From an uncultured Candidatus Binatia bacterium (lineage in GTDB: Bacteria > Desulfobacterota > Binatia > UBA9968 > JAJDTQ01), in contig OZ251459.1 of NCBI GenBank assembly GCA_965242525.1, positions 3,328,001 through 3,392,000 on the forward strand: a stretch of 64,000 nt of DNA, given 5' to 3'. Shown piece after piece: positions 9,328-18,495 of this stretch. Every line of letters starts with the position of its first letter. Position 1 is the first letter of the stretch. The translations under genes were made by a program, and so were the position numbers. The notes below the pieces were generated by a model. The model worked only from the letters and a program-made list of their open reading frames with translations. It was not told where the DNA came from and did no database searches.

Positions 9328-9585
9328 TCTTCCGGCTTTCGTGTGGGTAAGGTAGGATGGAAAGGGGAGGGAAAGGGACCACGCCGTCATTACTCCGCAG
9401 ACGCCCACTCTCGTCATTCCCGCGAAAGCATGTCCTCGCGGAAGCGGGGGCGGGAATCCAGACCCTGCGAGCAAACCCCATAGGTGCCCTGTATGGATTC
9501 CCGCTTTCGCGGGAATGACGAAGCGAGGCTTTCGCGGGGATGACGGGATGGGGAGTATCGCAACCCACACGAATTCCCGAAGCGC
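9328..9585 (+). repeat. MITE-like element family 2 containing dRS3-like palindromes
   Basis: Left end TCTTCCGGCTTTCGTGTGGG, right end CCCACACGAATTCCCGAAG (imperfect IR); internal ATTCCC-N8-GGGAAT units; second copy at 44193-44634. Confidence 0.75.
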
Positions 9586-9681
9586 CACAAAAGGCCGGTG
9601 ATTTCCGCCCCGGAGGTCCTGCGCGGACATGCACCACGGCTCGCAGCCTCGTACAGGCTGCACCAGGAGACGTCAACCCTA

Positions 9682-9971
9682 TCCACGGCTCCGAAGGCAT
9701 GGCCCTCGCCGGCAACCCCGTAGCCACGACCGTCACCCGCGCGGACCGGTCGGGGTTCGCCGCGGACCCCCTCGACGCCTCCTTCACCGCCCGTTACGCC
9801 GCGGCCTACCGGCAGGAAATCCTGACCTTCTGCGCGGTGGTCCGGGGCGGCAGCCCGGCGTACCCGGACGGCGCGGACGGCCTCGCGGCCCTCGCCATCG
9901 CCGACGCCGCCTCGGAATCCCTGGTCACCGGTCGTGCGGTTCGGGTCGAGGACGTGAGCGGTGCTTCGTGA
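9682..9971 (+). pseudogene. duplicated 3' end of iolG (direct repeat copy 2)
   Basis: Near-identical to 5011-5277, lacks the 5' part of the gene, has its own stop at 9971. Confidence 0.9.
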
Positions 9972-10353
9972 CAGGTGCGCTCGCGGTGTGGTTGGGGAAT
10001 GCACGCGGCCTGCGTCGCCCTGAGCAAAGTGTCGTCCTTGTTGTGCGCCGGGGAAACATGTACCTTTGGTAGTGTAGGAATGACATGGTCAAACAGGGTT
10101 GCAGGTCTCCTCATATGCCTGTCCTGATCGAGAGTCGTCGCCTTGACGAAACGGGTCCACGAAGAGGAAACCGGGGCGTCCTGCCCTCCGGGCATCCACA
10201 CCGCGGCGCTTCGGGCGCTCTTCGACAACCTGGAGGACCCGCGGTCCCCGTTGACGCTGGACCCGCCAGCGTCCTATGACCACACGCTTTTACCACAAGC
10301 TTTTCAGGACATGCCGCACGCGGCATGACACGGGCCAGGAAAGGAGGCTCCGG

Positions 10354-11367
10354 ATGCGGAGGGAAGACGAATCGGCTGCGACCGAACCGCGGTCGCGGCC
10401 CTACGCCATGCAGCGTGCGCGAACGGCGTCCGCGCCGGGGCCGACCCATGCCCCGGACGCCTCGACGCCGGACCTTCCCGGTTGCCGGCCGGTGCCCCTT
10501 CCGCAGCGCGACCTCGATGAGTGGGAGGGGCGGCTCGAATACTGGGACGGCGACACCGAGACCGCCTGGGTGGTATGCGAACCCGTGGGCGTTGCCCATG
10601 AACATCCGCTGGGGCGCCTCGCAACGTTGTGTACGCTCATCGCGGAGGCGCGCGGGGCCGCCATCGAGTTCCTGGGCTCGACGGACCTGGAACTGCAGGA
10701 CGAGCACGGGGAACGGCAGAAGATCATGCAAGCCGACCAGTGCGTGTACCTGTATCCCGGGCGGGCGCGGCTGCCGGAAGACGGAGGGATGGTGGTGGGG
10801 AAGCACGACTATCCGGACGTGGTGTTGGAGGTGGACCACACGACGGACGTGCGGCGCTGGAAGCTGGGGATGTACGAGTCCTGGGGTTTCCCGGAGGTGT
10901 GGGTGGAGGTGCCGGAACGACGGTCCCCGAGCCGACCACGAGGTCTGCGGCCGGGGTTGACGATCCATCTACTGGAGGAGGGCCGGTATCGGGAATCGGA
11001 CGAGAGCCGAGCGTTTCCGGGCTGGAAGGCGTCGGCGATCCACGAAGCGCTGGTTGAGGCGGAGCCCACGGCCCGGACGCACGCCAAGCTGGAGCGTGTG
11101 GGTCGGACGCTGGGGAAGCGGGACGGCACCGGCCCGGACGACTATCCGCTGATCCGTTCCCTGCGGGCCGAGAGCCGGGCGGAAGGCGAAGCGAAGGGCT
11201 GGGCGAAGGCGGTGCGCGGGACGCTGCTGTCGCGCGGCATCGCGGTTTCGGAGGAGTTTCCGGCGAACGTGCCCGGGTTCGCGGAGTCCCGGGAGGACGT
11301 CGTCATCGCCGCGGCCTTCGCCTGCGGCAGCGAGGAAGATTTCCGCGTGCGCATCCGGGGCGGCTGA
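10354..11367 (+). CDS. Uma2/DUF820-family putative endonuclease
   Basis: GRLEYWDG, QADQCVY, PDVVLEVD, GFPEVW; AGGAGG RBS before ATG 10354. Confidence 0.85.
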   Translation: MRREDESAATEPRSRPYAMQRARTASAPGPTHAPDASTPDLPGCRPVPLPQRDLDEWEGRLEYWDGDTETAWVVCEPVGVAHEHPLGRLATLCTLIAEARGAAIEFLGSTDLELQDEHGERQKIMQADQCVYLYPGRARLPEDGGMVVGKHDYPDVVLEVDHTTDVRRWKLGMYESWGFPEVWVEVPERRSPSRPRGLRPGLTIHLLEEGRYRESDESRAFPGWKASAIHEALVEAEPTARTHAKLERVGRTLGKRDGTGPDDYPLIRSLRAESRAEGEAKGWAKAVRGTLLSRGIAVSEEFPANVPGFAESREDVVIAAAFACGSEEDFRVRIRGG

Positions 11368-11449
11368 CCGGCTCCCGCGCATTTCCCGGCAGGAGGGGAG
11401 GGCCGGACGAGCCGGAATCGAGCAGAGGTTCCCAAAGGAGGTTCCCATC

Positions 11450-12208
11450 ATGCGTTTGACTGACAAGGTGGCGATCGTCACGGGCGGCGGCGTCGGCATC
11501 GGCCGCGCCTACTCCAAGGGGCTCGCCAGGGAAGGCGCCAAGGTCGCGGTGGCCGACATCCAGGTGGAGGCGGCCTCACAGGTGGCGGAAGAGATCAGGA
11601 AGGACGGCGGAGAGGCCATGCCCGTTGCGGTGGACGTGACTTCGCCGGAAAAGACCCGCGAGATGGCGGAAACCGTGTTGCAGGCCTACGGGCGCATCGA
11701 CGTCCTGGTCAACAACGCGGGCCTCTACACCGCGCTCACCAAGAGGTCTTTCATGGAGATCCCCGAAGACGAGTGGGACCGGGTCATGGCGGTGAACGTG
11801 AAGGGCCTGTTCCTGTGCGTCAAGGCTGTGTACCCGGCCATGAAGGCGCAGCAGAAGGGCAAGATCGTCAACATCTCCTCGGGCACCATCCTGGGCGGGA
11901 CGCCGCTGTTCCTGCACTACGTCTCGTCCAAGGCCGGCGTGCTGGGTTTCACCCGGGCGCTGGCCCGGGAGGTGGGCGCCGACAACATCTGCGTGAACGC
12001 CATCACGCCCGGGCTGACCATTTCCAGCGAAGCCCAGCAGGGGGTCATGACCCCGGAGCAGCGGGAGAACCGGCGGCGCAGCCGGGCATTCCAGCGGGAC
12101 CAGTTCCCGGACGACCTGGTGGGCACGGTGGTCTTCCTGTCGTCCGACGACAGCGACTTCGTCACGGGTCAGGCCATCAACGTCGATGGCGGCCAGTACA
12201 TGCACTGA
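11450..12208 (+). CDS. SDR-family oxidoreductase
   Basis: TGGGVGIG, NNAG, YVSSK catalytic motif, VDGG end. Confidence 0.95.
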   Translation: MRLTDKVAIVTGGGVGIGRAYSKGLAREGAKVAVADIQVEAASQVAEEIRKDGGEAMPVAVDVTSPEKTREMAETVLQAYGRIDVLVNNAGLYTALTKRSFMEIPEDEWDRVMAVNVKGLFLCVKAVYPAMKAQQKGKIVNISSGTILGGTPLFLHYVSSKAGVLGFTRALAREVGADNICVNAITPGLTISSEAQQGVMTPEQRENRRRSRAFQRDQFPDDLVGTVVFLSSDDSDFVTGQAINVDGGQYMH

Positions 12209-12244
12209 TCCGGCCCTCTCCCGGAGGCCCGCAGGGAACCGCGC

Positions 12245-13546
12245 ATGACGGGTCTGGAGCTGGCGGACTACCGGGTGCGCGAGATCCGGTTCGGCCGCGA
12301 GACGCGCTACCGCTCCGGCGTGCTGGAGGTGGACGCCGAGGGCCTCGCCGCCCTGGTCCGGGAGGATCCGCGGGTGCGCTCCGCAGGGTTCGCCGCGGTG
12401 CATCCCGGCGAGAAGGCGCGGGTCACCGGCATCCGCGACGTGGTGGAGCCGCGGCTCAAGACCGCGGGGATCGGGCAGGTGTTCCCCGGGGTCCTGGGGC
12501 CGGTGGCGCCGGTGGGCGAGGGACGGACCCACCGGCTTTCGGGCATGGCCCTGGTCACCGCCGCGGCATACGAAGGCGCGGTTCGCACCGGCACCACGGC
12601 CCAACGCAGCGCCCTGCTCGACATGTGGGGGCCGGGCGCCGAGATGACCCACTTCAGTTCGCTGGCGAACCTGGTGATGACCCTGGACCTGGCCGAGGGC
12701 CTGTCCGCATACGAGGCCCATCAGGCCATGCAGCGCGCGGAGTTCGGCGCGGCCAAGGCCCTCGCCGAAGCCACGTCGGGCCTGGAGCCGGACCGGGTGG
12801 AGGTCCATGACCCGGACGCCGCTGCGCCCCGCCTCCCCCGGGCGGTGCTCATGGTCGGCTGTCTCACGGAAGCCCGGCACGTCCCCTCCAACCTCGCCTA
12901 CTACGGCCTGCCGGTCCAGGAGTCGCTTTCCACCGTGGTCCACCCCAACGAACTGGCGGACGGAGCGGTCACCGCCAACACCATCCGCACCGTGAGCTAC
13001 CACCCGGTGACCTGGGACTGGCAGAACCACCCTCTGGCCCTCGCCCTCATGCGGGAGCGCCGGTTCCGGTTCGCCGGCGTGATCCTCCAGCGCATCGGTT
13101 TCGAGAGCTCCGGGGAAAAGGAGGTCGCGGCCTGCAACGCCGCCCGCCTGGCCGCCTCGTTGGGTGCCGACGCGGCCGTGGTCACCCGCACCGGCTCGGG
13201 CAACGCCTTCATCGAAGTCATGCTGACGGTGCGCGCCTGCGAGGAGATGGGGATCAAGACCGTCCTCGTCACCTACGAATACGGCGGCAAGGACGGCATC
13301 GACGCGCCGCTGCTCTTCTACGACCCGGCCGCGGACGCAGCGGTCAGCACCGGCAACCGGGACACGGCGGTGGAGCTGCCCGCGGCCGAGCGGGTGGTGG
13401 GGGCCTACGACACGCTCCAGACCATCAACTACCCCGGCGCCCCCTTCGTGGCCGCGCAAGAGCCCCTGATGCTGGAGGCCCGGGACGTCATCGTGGGCGG
13501 CATCGACATCTGGGGCGGACGCGACCGGATCTGCCGCCCGTACTGA
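12245..13546 (+). CDS. glycine/sarcosine/betaine reductase component B subunit-like (GrdE/PrdA family)
   Basis: N-terminal LELADYRVREIRFG, RDVVEPR.K, GEGRTH.L, HPNE..DGA, NHP, VSTGN patterns of the GrdE family. Confidence 0.75.
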   Translation: MTGLELADYRVREIRFGRETRYRSGVLEVDAEGLAALVREDPRVRSAGFAAVHPGEKARVTGIRDVVEPRLKTAGIGQVFPGVLGPVAPVGEGRTHRLSGMALVTAAAYEGAVRTGTTAQRSALLDMWGPGAEMTHFSSLANLVMTLDLAEGLSAYEAHQAMQRAEFGAAKALAEATSGLEPDRVEVHDPDAAAPRLPRAVLMVGCLTEARHVPSNLAYYGLPVQESLSTVVHPNELADGAVTANTIRTVSYHPVTWDWQNHPLALALMRERRFRFAGVILQRIGFESSGEKEVAACNAARLAASLGADAAVVTRTGSGNAFIEVMLTVRACEEMGIKTVLVTYEYGGKDGIDAPLLFYDPAADAAVSTGNRDTAVELPAAERVVGAYDTLQTINYPGAPFVAAQEPLMLEARDVIVGGIDIWGGRDRICRPY

Positions 13547-13583
13547 CGGACCCCCCTCCTTGCCCGCGGCCTTCGCCTTCCCA

Positions 13584-13717
13584 GGGGACCTCCGAACGAT
13601 CGAGACGTCCGGGATGGATTCCCCCACCCTGACCCTCCTGTCCCCGTTCGTCCTGAGCGTAGCGGAGCGAAGCCGAAGGACGCGCTCATGCTCCCCCCGA
13701 TTGTTCAGGGTTTCCCC
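13584..13717 (+). repeat. MITE-like element family 1
   Basis: GGGGACCTCCGAACGATC ... GATTGTTCAGGGTTTCCCC with CCGTTCGTCCTGAGCGTAGC core. Confidence 0.8.
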
Positions 13718-13817
13718 AAAGCCTCCATCTTGACGGCCGCCGAGGTCCGGGAGTAACGTGGAGCCACTTCGGACCACGACGCGCAGGGGACGCGCATTGC
13801 CGGGAGGAGCCGTGACC

Positions 13818-15257
13818 ATGGACCATCGAGCCGCAGACATACGCGCCGGGCTGGAGCACCCCGTCATCGACGGCGACGGCCACTGGATCGAGCCGGTCCC
13901 CGTCTTCCTGGAGTACCTGGACGAGGCGGGCGGCCCCGGCGCGGTGGATGCGATCCGGGCGCTGTGGCGCCGGAACCAGGCGTGGTACCGGGCCACCCGG
14001 GAGGAACGCCAACACCGCCGCCTGCGCCGCACCATCTGGTGGGGGGTCACCAGCGATACCCTCGACAAGGCCACGGGCCTCCTGCCAGCCCTGCTCGACG
14101 AACGTTTGCCCGAGTTGGGCATCGACTTCGCGCTGATCTACCCGAGCTTCGGACTTAGCGTCAACGGCATCCTCGACGACGGCCTGCACCGGGCCGGGGT
14201 CCGCGCCTACAACATGATGACCGCGGACATGTTCGGACCGTATGCCGAAAGGTTCGCGCCGGTGGCCATCATCCCCGCCCATACGCCGGACGACGCCCTG
14301 GAAGAACTCGACTACGCGGTGGCGCAACGCGGCTTCAAGGCGGTCATGCTGCGGGGGAACCAGGAGCGGCGCATACCCAGCGCCCTGGAGGGCGCCGACC
14401 CGCAGAAGGCCGCCTGGTACTGCGACAACATCGCCCTCGACAGCCCCTACGACTACGATCCCCTATGGCGGCGGTGCGTGGAGCTCGGCGTGGCCGTGAC
14501 CCAGCACTCGGGCAGCGGCCGCTGGCACGACCGGGCGTCCATCAGCAACTTCACCTACAACCACGTGGGCCACTTCGCCGAATCCAACCACGCGTTCGCC
14601 CGCGGCGTTTTCCTGGGCGGCCTCGTGCGGCGTTACCCGACGCTCAACTTCGGTTTCATGGAAGGCGGCGTGAGCTGGGCCTGCCAGATGTGCGTGGACC
14701 TGGTCGAACACTGGGAGAAGCGCCGCCGGGCGGGGCTACAGTACCCGGGCGCGACCCGTGTCCCGGAGTTGCGCCGCCTCATCGAACGGTACGGCGACGA
14801 AAGGCTGAAGGCCAACGCCGACGCCATCATGGACAACCTGGACGCGTTCCGCCCGGAATGCAGTCTCGAAGAGCTCGCGCGGCCCGAGCACGTGGTGGAC
14901 GATTTCGAGGCCGCGGGGGTCGAGTCAGCGGACGACGTCCGGGCAGTCTTCTCGCACAACTTCTACTTCGGTTGCGAGGCCGACGACCGGGCCGCCATGT
15001 GGGCCTTCGACCCGCGCATGGGAGTCCGGCTCCGACCGGTCTTCAGCTCCGACTTCACCCATTTCGACGTGCCCGACTTCCGGGACGTGCTCCCCGAAGC
15101 CTTCGAGATGGTGGAGAAGGGCTTCGTGACCGAGCAGGACTTCCGGGAGTTCACGTTCACCAACGCCGCCCGCCTCCACACCCGCAACAACCCGGCCTTC
15201 TTCGAGGGCACCGCGGTGGAGCAAGCCGTCGCCGAGGAGCTGGGGCTGGAAGGGTGA
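13818..15257 (+). CDS. amidohydrolase family 2 protein
   Basis: IDGDGH metal motif, YPS, EGGVSW, GCEADD, SSDFTHFD. Confidence 0.9.
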   Translation: MDHRAADIRAGLEHPVIDGDGHWIEPVPVFLEYLDEAGGPGAVDAIRALWRRNQAWYRATREERQHRRLRRTIWWGVTSDTLDKATGLLPALLDERLPELGIDFALIYPSFGLSVNGILDDGLHRAGVRAYNMMTADMFGPYAERFAPVAIIPAHTPDDALEELDYAVAQRGFKAVMLRGNQERRIPSALEGADPQKAAWYCDNIALDSPYDYDPLWRRCVELGVAVTQHSGSGRWHDRASISNFTYNHVGHFAESNHAFARGVFLGGLVRRYPTLNFGFMEGGVSWACQMCVDLVEHWEKRRRAGLQYPGATRVPELRRLIERYGDERLKANADAIMDNLDAFRPECSLEELARPEHVVDDFEAAGVESADDVRAVFSHNFYFGCEADDRAAMWAFDPRMGVRLRPVFSSDFTHFDVPDFRDVLPEAFEMVEKGFVTEQDFREFTFTNAARLHTRNNPAFFEGTAVEQAVAEELGLEG

Positions 15258-15275
15258 GAGAGTGGACAGGCAGGT

Positions 15276-15821
15276 TTACGCGCTCCGCAGAGAATCAAAT
15301 CGAACTACCCGTCCGACGGAGATGTTGACCGTGATGTCTTCGTGTTCCTCCGTCGAGGTGGATAGCCCACGGCTCGATGTAACCCGTTGCTTGTCGAGCC
15401 TCGGACTGATCTTCTCGCCAATCAGGAAATATCGTGCGTCCACTGACCTGTAGGATTTCAGGCGGCGGTGGATGCGACATACGGAACGAAGGTATTCCAG
15501 GAGCGGCAGCGATCTTCGCAGTTGTTCCATAGGCTTCTTCTCGTCAAGGCTCAATGTACTCTTCAATTCGACGAATATGGCGACGTCCTTGCCGTCAACC
15601 TCGCAAACCAGTAAGTAATCACAGATTTGCATACAATCGCTGTTCTTGAAGCCTTTCTGTAGATGTCCAATCCTATCCATGTCTATCGCAACGACGTCCG
15701 AAGGTATTCCAATCACCTCGACTTCCATTGCTGCTTGACGCTCGCGAAGAATCAGCTTGCCGTCTGTTGGCTGTACCAGGGCCTTGTCAGTCAGGATCTC
15801 CCTGATATGCGCATTCAACAC
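15276..15821 (-). CDS. hypothetical protein with PD-(D/E)xK-like motif, partner of ABC-type ATPase
   Basis: ICDYLLV...IFVELKS followed by EQLRRS; starts 4 bp after ATPase stop. Confidence 0.65.
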   Translation of the reverse strand: MLNAHIREILTDKALVQPTDGKLILRERQAAMEVEVIGIPSDVVAIDMDRIGHLQKGFKNSDCMQICDYLLVCEVDGKDVAIFVELKSTLSLDEKKPMEQLRRSLPLLEYLRSVCRIHRRLKSYRSVDARYFLIGEKISPRLDKQRVTSSRGLSTSTEEHEDITVNISVGRVVRFDSLRSA

Positions 15822-15825
15822 GGTT

Positions 15826-17271
15826 TCACACCTCGGAATCCTGCGGGAGTCGTGACGACAGATCGTTTGCCGCCTTGTTGATCTCGTCTATGGTCTTGTC
15901 GAAGACCGGCATGTTCACGCCGAACCTGTCCACCTCGCACCTGGTAAGGCCATTGCCCTCCGCCACGTAGGCCCGGATCGAATCCGGGTCGAGGAAGTCG
16001 TCCGCTCCGTATTTGAGCTTACGGATGACTGCATCCTTGTCCGCGAATGACTGGCTCAGCATGACCAGGTTGTTGATCTCCTTGATCAGGTAGTCGCTGT
16101 GGGTGGTGATGAGGACCTTCAGGCCCGCTTTCACGAACCTTGCCAGCAACCGCGCCAAGAGTATCTGGTTGGCGGTATCGAGATGGCTCTCCGGTTCGTC
16201 GATGATGAGGAGGCGCCCCCTACCGGCTGCGTGCCGCAGGAAGAAGTAGAGGTCGGACAATCCGCGCGCCGAAGAGGAAGCGAGATGCAGCGGTATGTTG
16301 AAACTGCGTTTCCTGTCTCGTGTCTTCGATCTGAATCGAATGTCGTCGCCGGAGTTGCTGTAATAGCCCTGCATCATCTCCTTGATGCTGTCGAACAGCT
16401 TCTCTTCGTAAATTTCGCTATTTGCCCCCCGCAGGTCCGGGATGCTTCGAGTGTAGTCGATGTTGTCCTTGATGGGGAGGGCATAACGGCTCGTGGCCTT
16501 GTTCATGAAGAAGAAAGGAGAGACCCTATCTCGACTTTTGTCGTCGCCCAATTTCTGCAACAGATCGACCAGTTGATTCTTGGTGAAGTCGAGCTCCCTG
16601 TAGAAGAGCGAAATGCCGAAGCGCTCAGCAGACAGAATGAACGGTTCGGGAAGATCCCCCGCAAGCAAGAACTGAAAGTAATAGCGCTGGATGTAGTATC
16701 GGAGAAAGGCTAGGGCTTCGCCCTTTATCCTGTCAACGGTTATGACGACGTTATTTCCGTCGTATTCGATGGAGAGAGATCCCTCGTCAGAAGAATTGAC
16801 TCTGATAGAGCGAATATCGTTACGGTTACGCCCGCTGAACTCGACTTCAACGGAAGAACCCTCGAAGTCACCGCCTTGGGAGCTGAAGACACCAGGCAGA
16901 CCTTGCTTCGAGAAAATACGCGCCACCGCCTGGATCAATATCCGGCGCTGCCGGTGGAGGGTCTCCTCGTCCAACGGGAACTCGGCTCGGCCTTCCCGGA
17001 TCATGTCTTCGGCAATGCTCTCGAAGTCAGGGAATTGAGCTTGAGTCTGTTTCCTCGAGAACAGATCGGCCTCAAGCCGCCCTATGCGGCTTTCCAGGAA
17101 TCCTTCCCACATCTTCAGGAACCCATACAGCGAGTACACGATGTACGTCTTGCCGGTGTTGTTGCGGCCGGCGATGACCGTGAGGTCGCCCAACTCCAGG
17201 GCGGCGTCCTCCACCGGTCCAATGTTTCGGAACCGGAACTCGATGGGTTGTGGCTTGTCGGGTTCCCGCAT
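15826..17271 (-). CDS. AAA_15/AAA_21 (ABC-type) ATPase
   Basis: FRNIGP, GRNNTGKT, AERFG, ASSS degenerate signature, IIDEPESHLD, ITTHS. Confidence 0.9.
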   Translation of the reverse strand: MREPDKPQPIEFRFRNIGPVEDAALELGDLTVIAGRNNTGKTYIVYSLYGFLKMWEGFLESRIGRLEADLFSRKQTQAQFPDFESIAEDMIREGRAEFPLDEETLHRQRRILIQAVARIFSKQGLPGVFSSQGGDFEGSSVEVEFSGRNRNDIRSIRVNSSDEGSLSIEYDGNNVVITVDRIKGEALAFLRYYIQRYYFQFLLAGDLPEPFILSAERFGISLFYRELDFTKNQLVDLLQKLGDDKSRDRVSPFFFMNKATSRYALPIKDNIDYTRSIPDLRGANSEIYEEKLFDSIKEMMQGYYSNSGDDIRFRSKTRDRKRSFNIPLHLASSSARGLSDLYFFLRHAAGRGRLLIIDEPESHLDTANQILLARLLARFVKAGLKVLITTHSDYLIKEINNLVMLSQSFADKDAVIRKLKYGADDFLDPDSIRAYVAEGNGLTRCEVDRFGVNMPVFDKTIDEINKAANDLSSRLPQDSEV

Positions 17272-17391
17272 CCTGGCTGGCCTCAGGCGGTGGACTTCAG
17301 GAAGGACACGGAGGTTTTTCCGGCCTTGGACTCTCCATGCGCCGGCAACAGCCGCCGTGGAACGGCCGCGGACGCACAGGAGATCCCCCGG

Positions 17392-18405
17392 TTACCCCTC
17401 CAGTCCCAGGCCGTAGAAGCGGTTGCAGTTGTCGAAGAAGACTTTGCGCTTCTGGGCGTCCGAGATGTCGGTGCGTTCGCGGACTTCACGGGTGGCGTTG
17501 GGCCAGATGGTGTCCCAGTGGGGGTAGTCCGCGGCGAACAGCCACATGTCGTCGCCGAAGCGGTCCATGCAGTAGGGCAGCATGGCGTCGTCCGGGTCGA
17601 AGCTCACGTACACCCGGCCGCCGGTCACGTACTCGCTGGGCTTGGCCTTGAGCAGCGGCGCTTCCTCGCTGCGCCGCTCGTAGTGCTCGTCGATGCGGTC
17701 GAGCCAGTAGGGCAGCCAGCCGCACCCGGCCTCGAAGAAGCCCACCTTCAGGTTCTGGAAGCGCTCCAGCACCCCGGAGGTGAGGATTCCCAAGAACGCC
17801 TGCATGATCTCGAAGGAGAAGCTCACGGTGTGGGCCTGGAGGAAGGTCTCCCAACGGTCCTGGCCCTCCGCGCCCCAGGAGTTGCCGTGGAAGCACACGG
17901 GTATGCCCAGGCGCTCGGCCTCCGCGTACAGGGGCCAGAACTCTTCGGCGCCCAGGTTCTTCTTGTGGCCGTGGGTGTGGAGCATCACGCCCGGGTGGCT
18001 CCACTTGTTGACCGCGCGGTCGAGCTCCTCCACGGCCGCGGGCACGTCCTTCAGGGATACGGTGGCAACGCCCTTCATGCGCGGGTTCTGCTGCTGTATC
18101 TCGCCGATGTAGTCGTTCCAGGCGCGGGCCAAGGCCTTCTGGAGGTCGCTCTGGGGCACGAGGCAGAGGTTCAACCCCATGGTCGGATAGGTGACCGTGA
18201 GTTGGATGCCCTCCACGTCCATGTCCTCGAGGTAGCCGTCCATCCCGATGGTCTGCTTGCCCATGCGTCCGAGGAAACGGTCCCAGCAGTCGCTGGGAAA
18301 GATCCCCTGGCGGACGCGCCGGAACTCCTCCGGTATGCGCGAGCGGTAGTCGTCTGCGGTCTCACGGATGTGCGAGTCGGAATCCAGCACGGGATATGCG
18401 GCCAT
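17392..18405 (-). CDS. amidohydrolase family 2 protein
   Basis: LDSDSH, YPT, FEAGCGW, AADYPHWD. Confidence 0.9.
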   Translation of the reverse strand: MAAYPVLDSDSHIRETADDYRSRIPEEFRRVRQGIFPSDCWDRFLGRMGKQTIGMDGYLEDMDVEGIQLTVTYPTMGLNLCLVPQSDLQKALARAWNDYIGEIQQQNPRMKGVATVSLKDVPAAVEELDRAVNKWSHPGVMLHTHGHKKNLGAEEFWPLYAEAERLGIPVCFHGNSWGAEGQDRWETFLQAHTVSFSFEIMQAFLGILTSGVLERFQNLKVGFFEAGCGWLPYWLDRIDEHYERRSEEAPLLKAKPSEYVTGGRVYVSFDPDDAMLPYCMDRFGDDMWLFAADYPHWDTIWPNATREVRERTDISDAQKRKVFFDNCNRFYGLGLEG

Positions 18406-18495
18406 ACGGGTTCACCTCCACGGACAGGGGTTGATAGCAGTGTCCATACGGCAAGACGCCGCCCCGTGTCAACGTCGGCGGGACGGCCGGGGCCG

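Noticed and set aside
5011-9948. iolG duplication as a DGR template/variable repeat pair
   Set aside because: Mismatches are not adenine-specific, several are synonymous, and no reverse transcriptase is present.
11576-14122. Long ORFs such as 11576..14122(-), 16876..19014(+), 26393..28960(+), 40061..42508(+), 46664..48883(+), 55685..57823(+)
   Set aside because: Antisense or off-frame shadows of well-supported genes in high-GC DNA; no family motifs.
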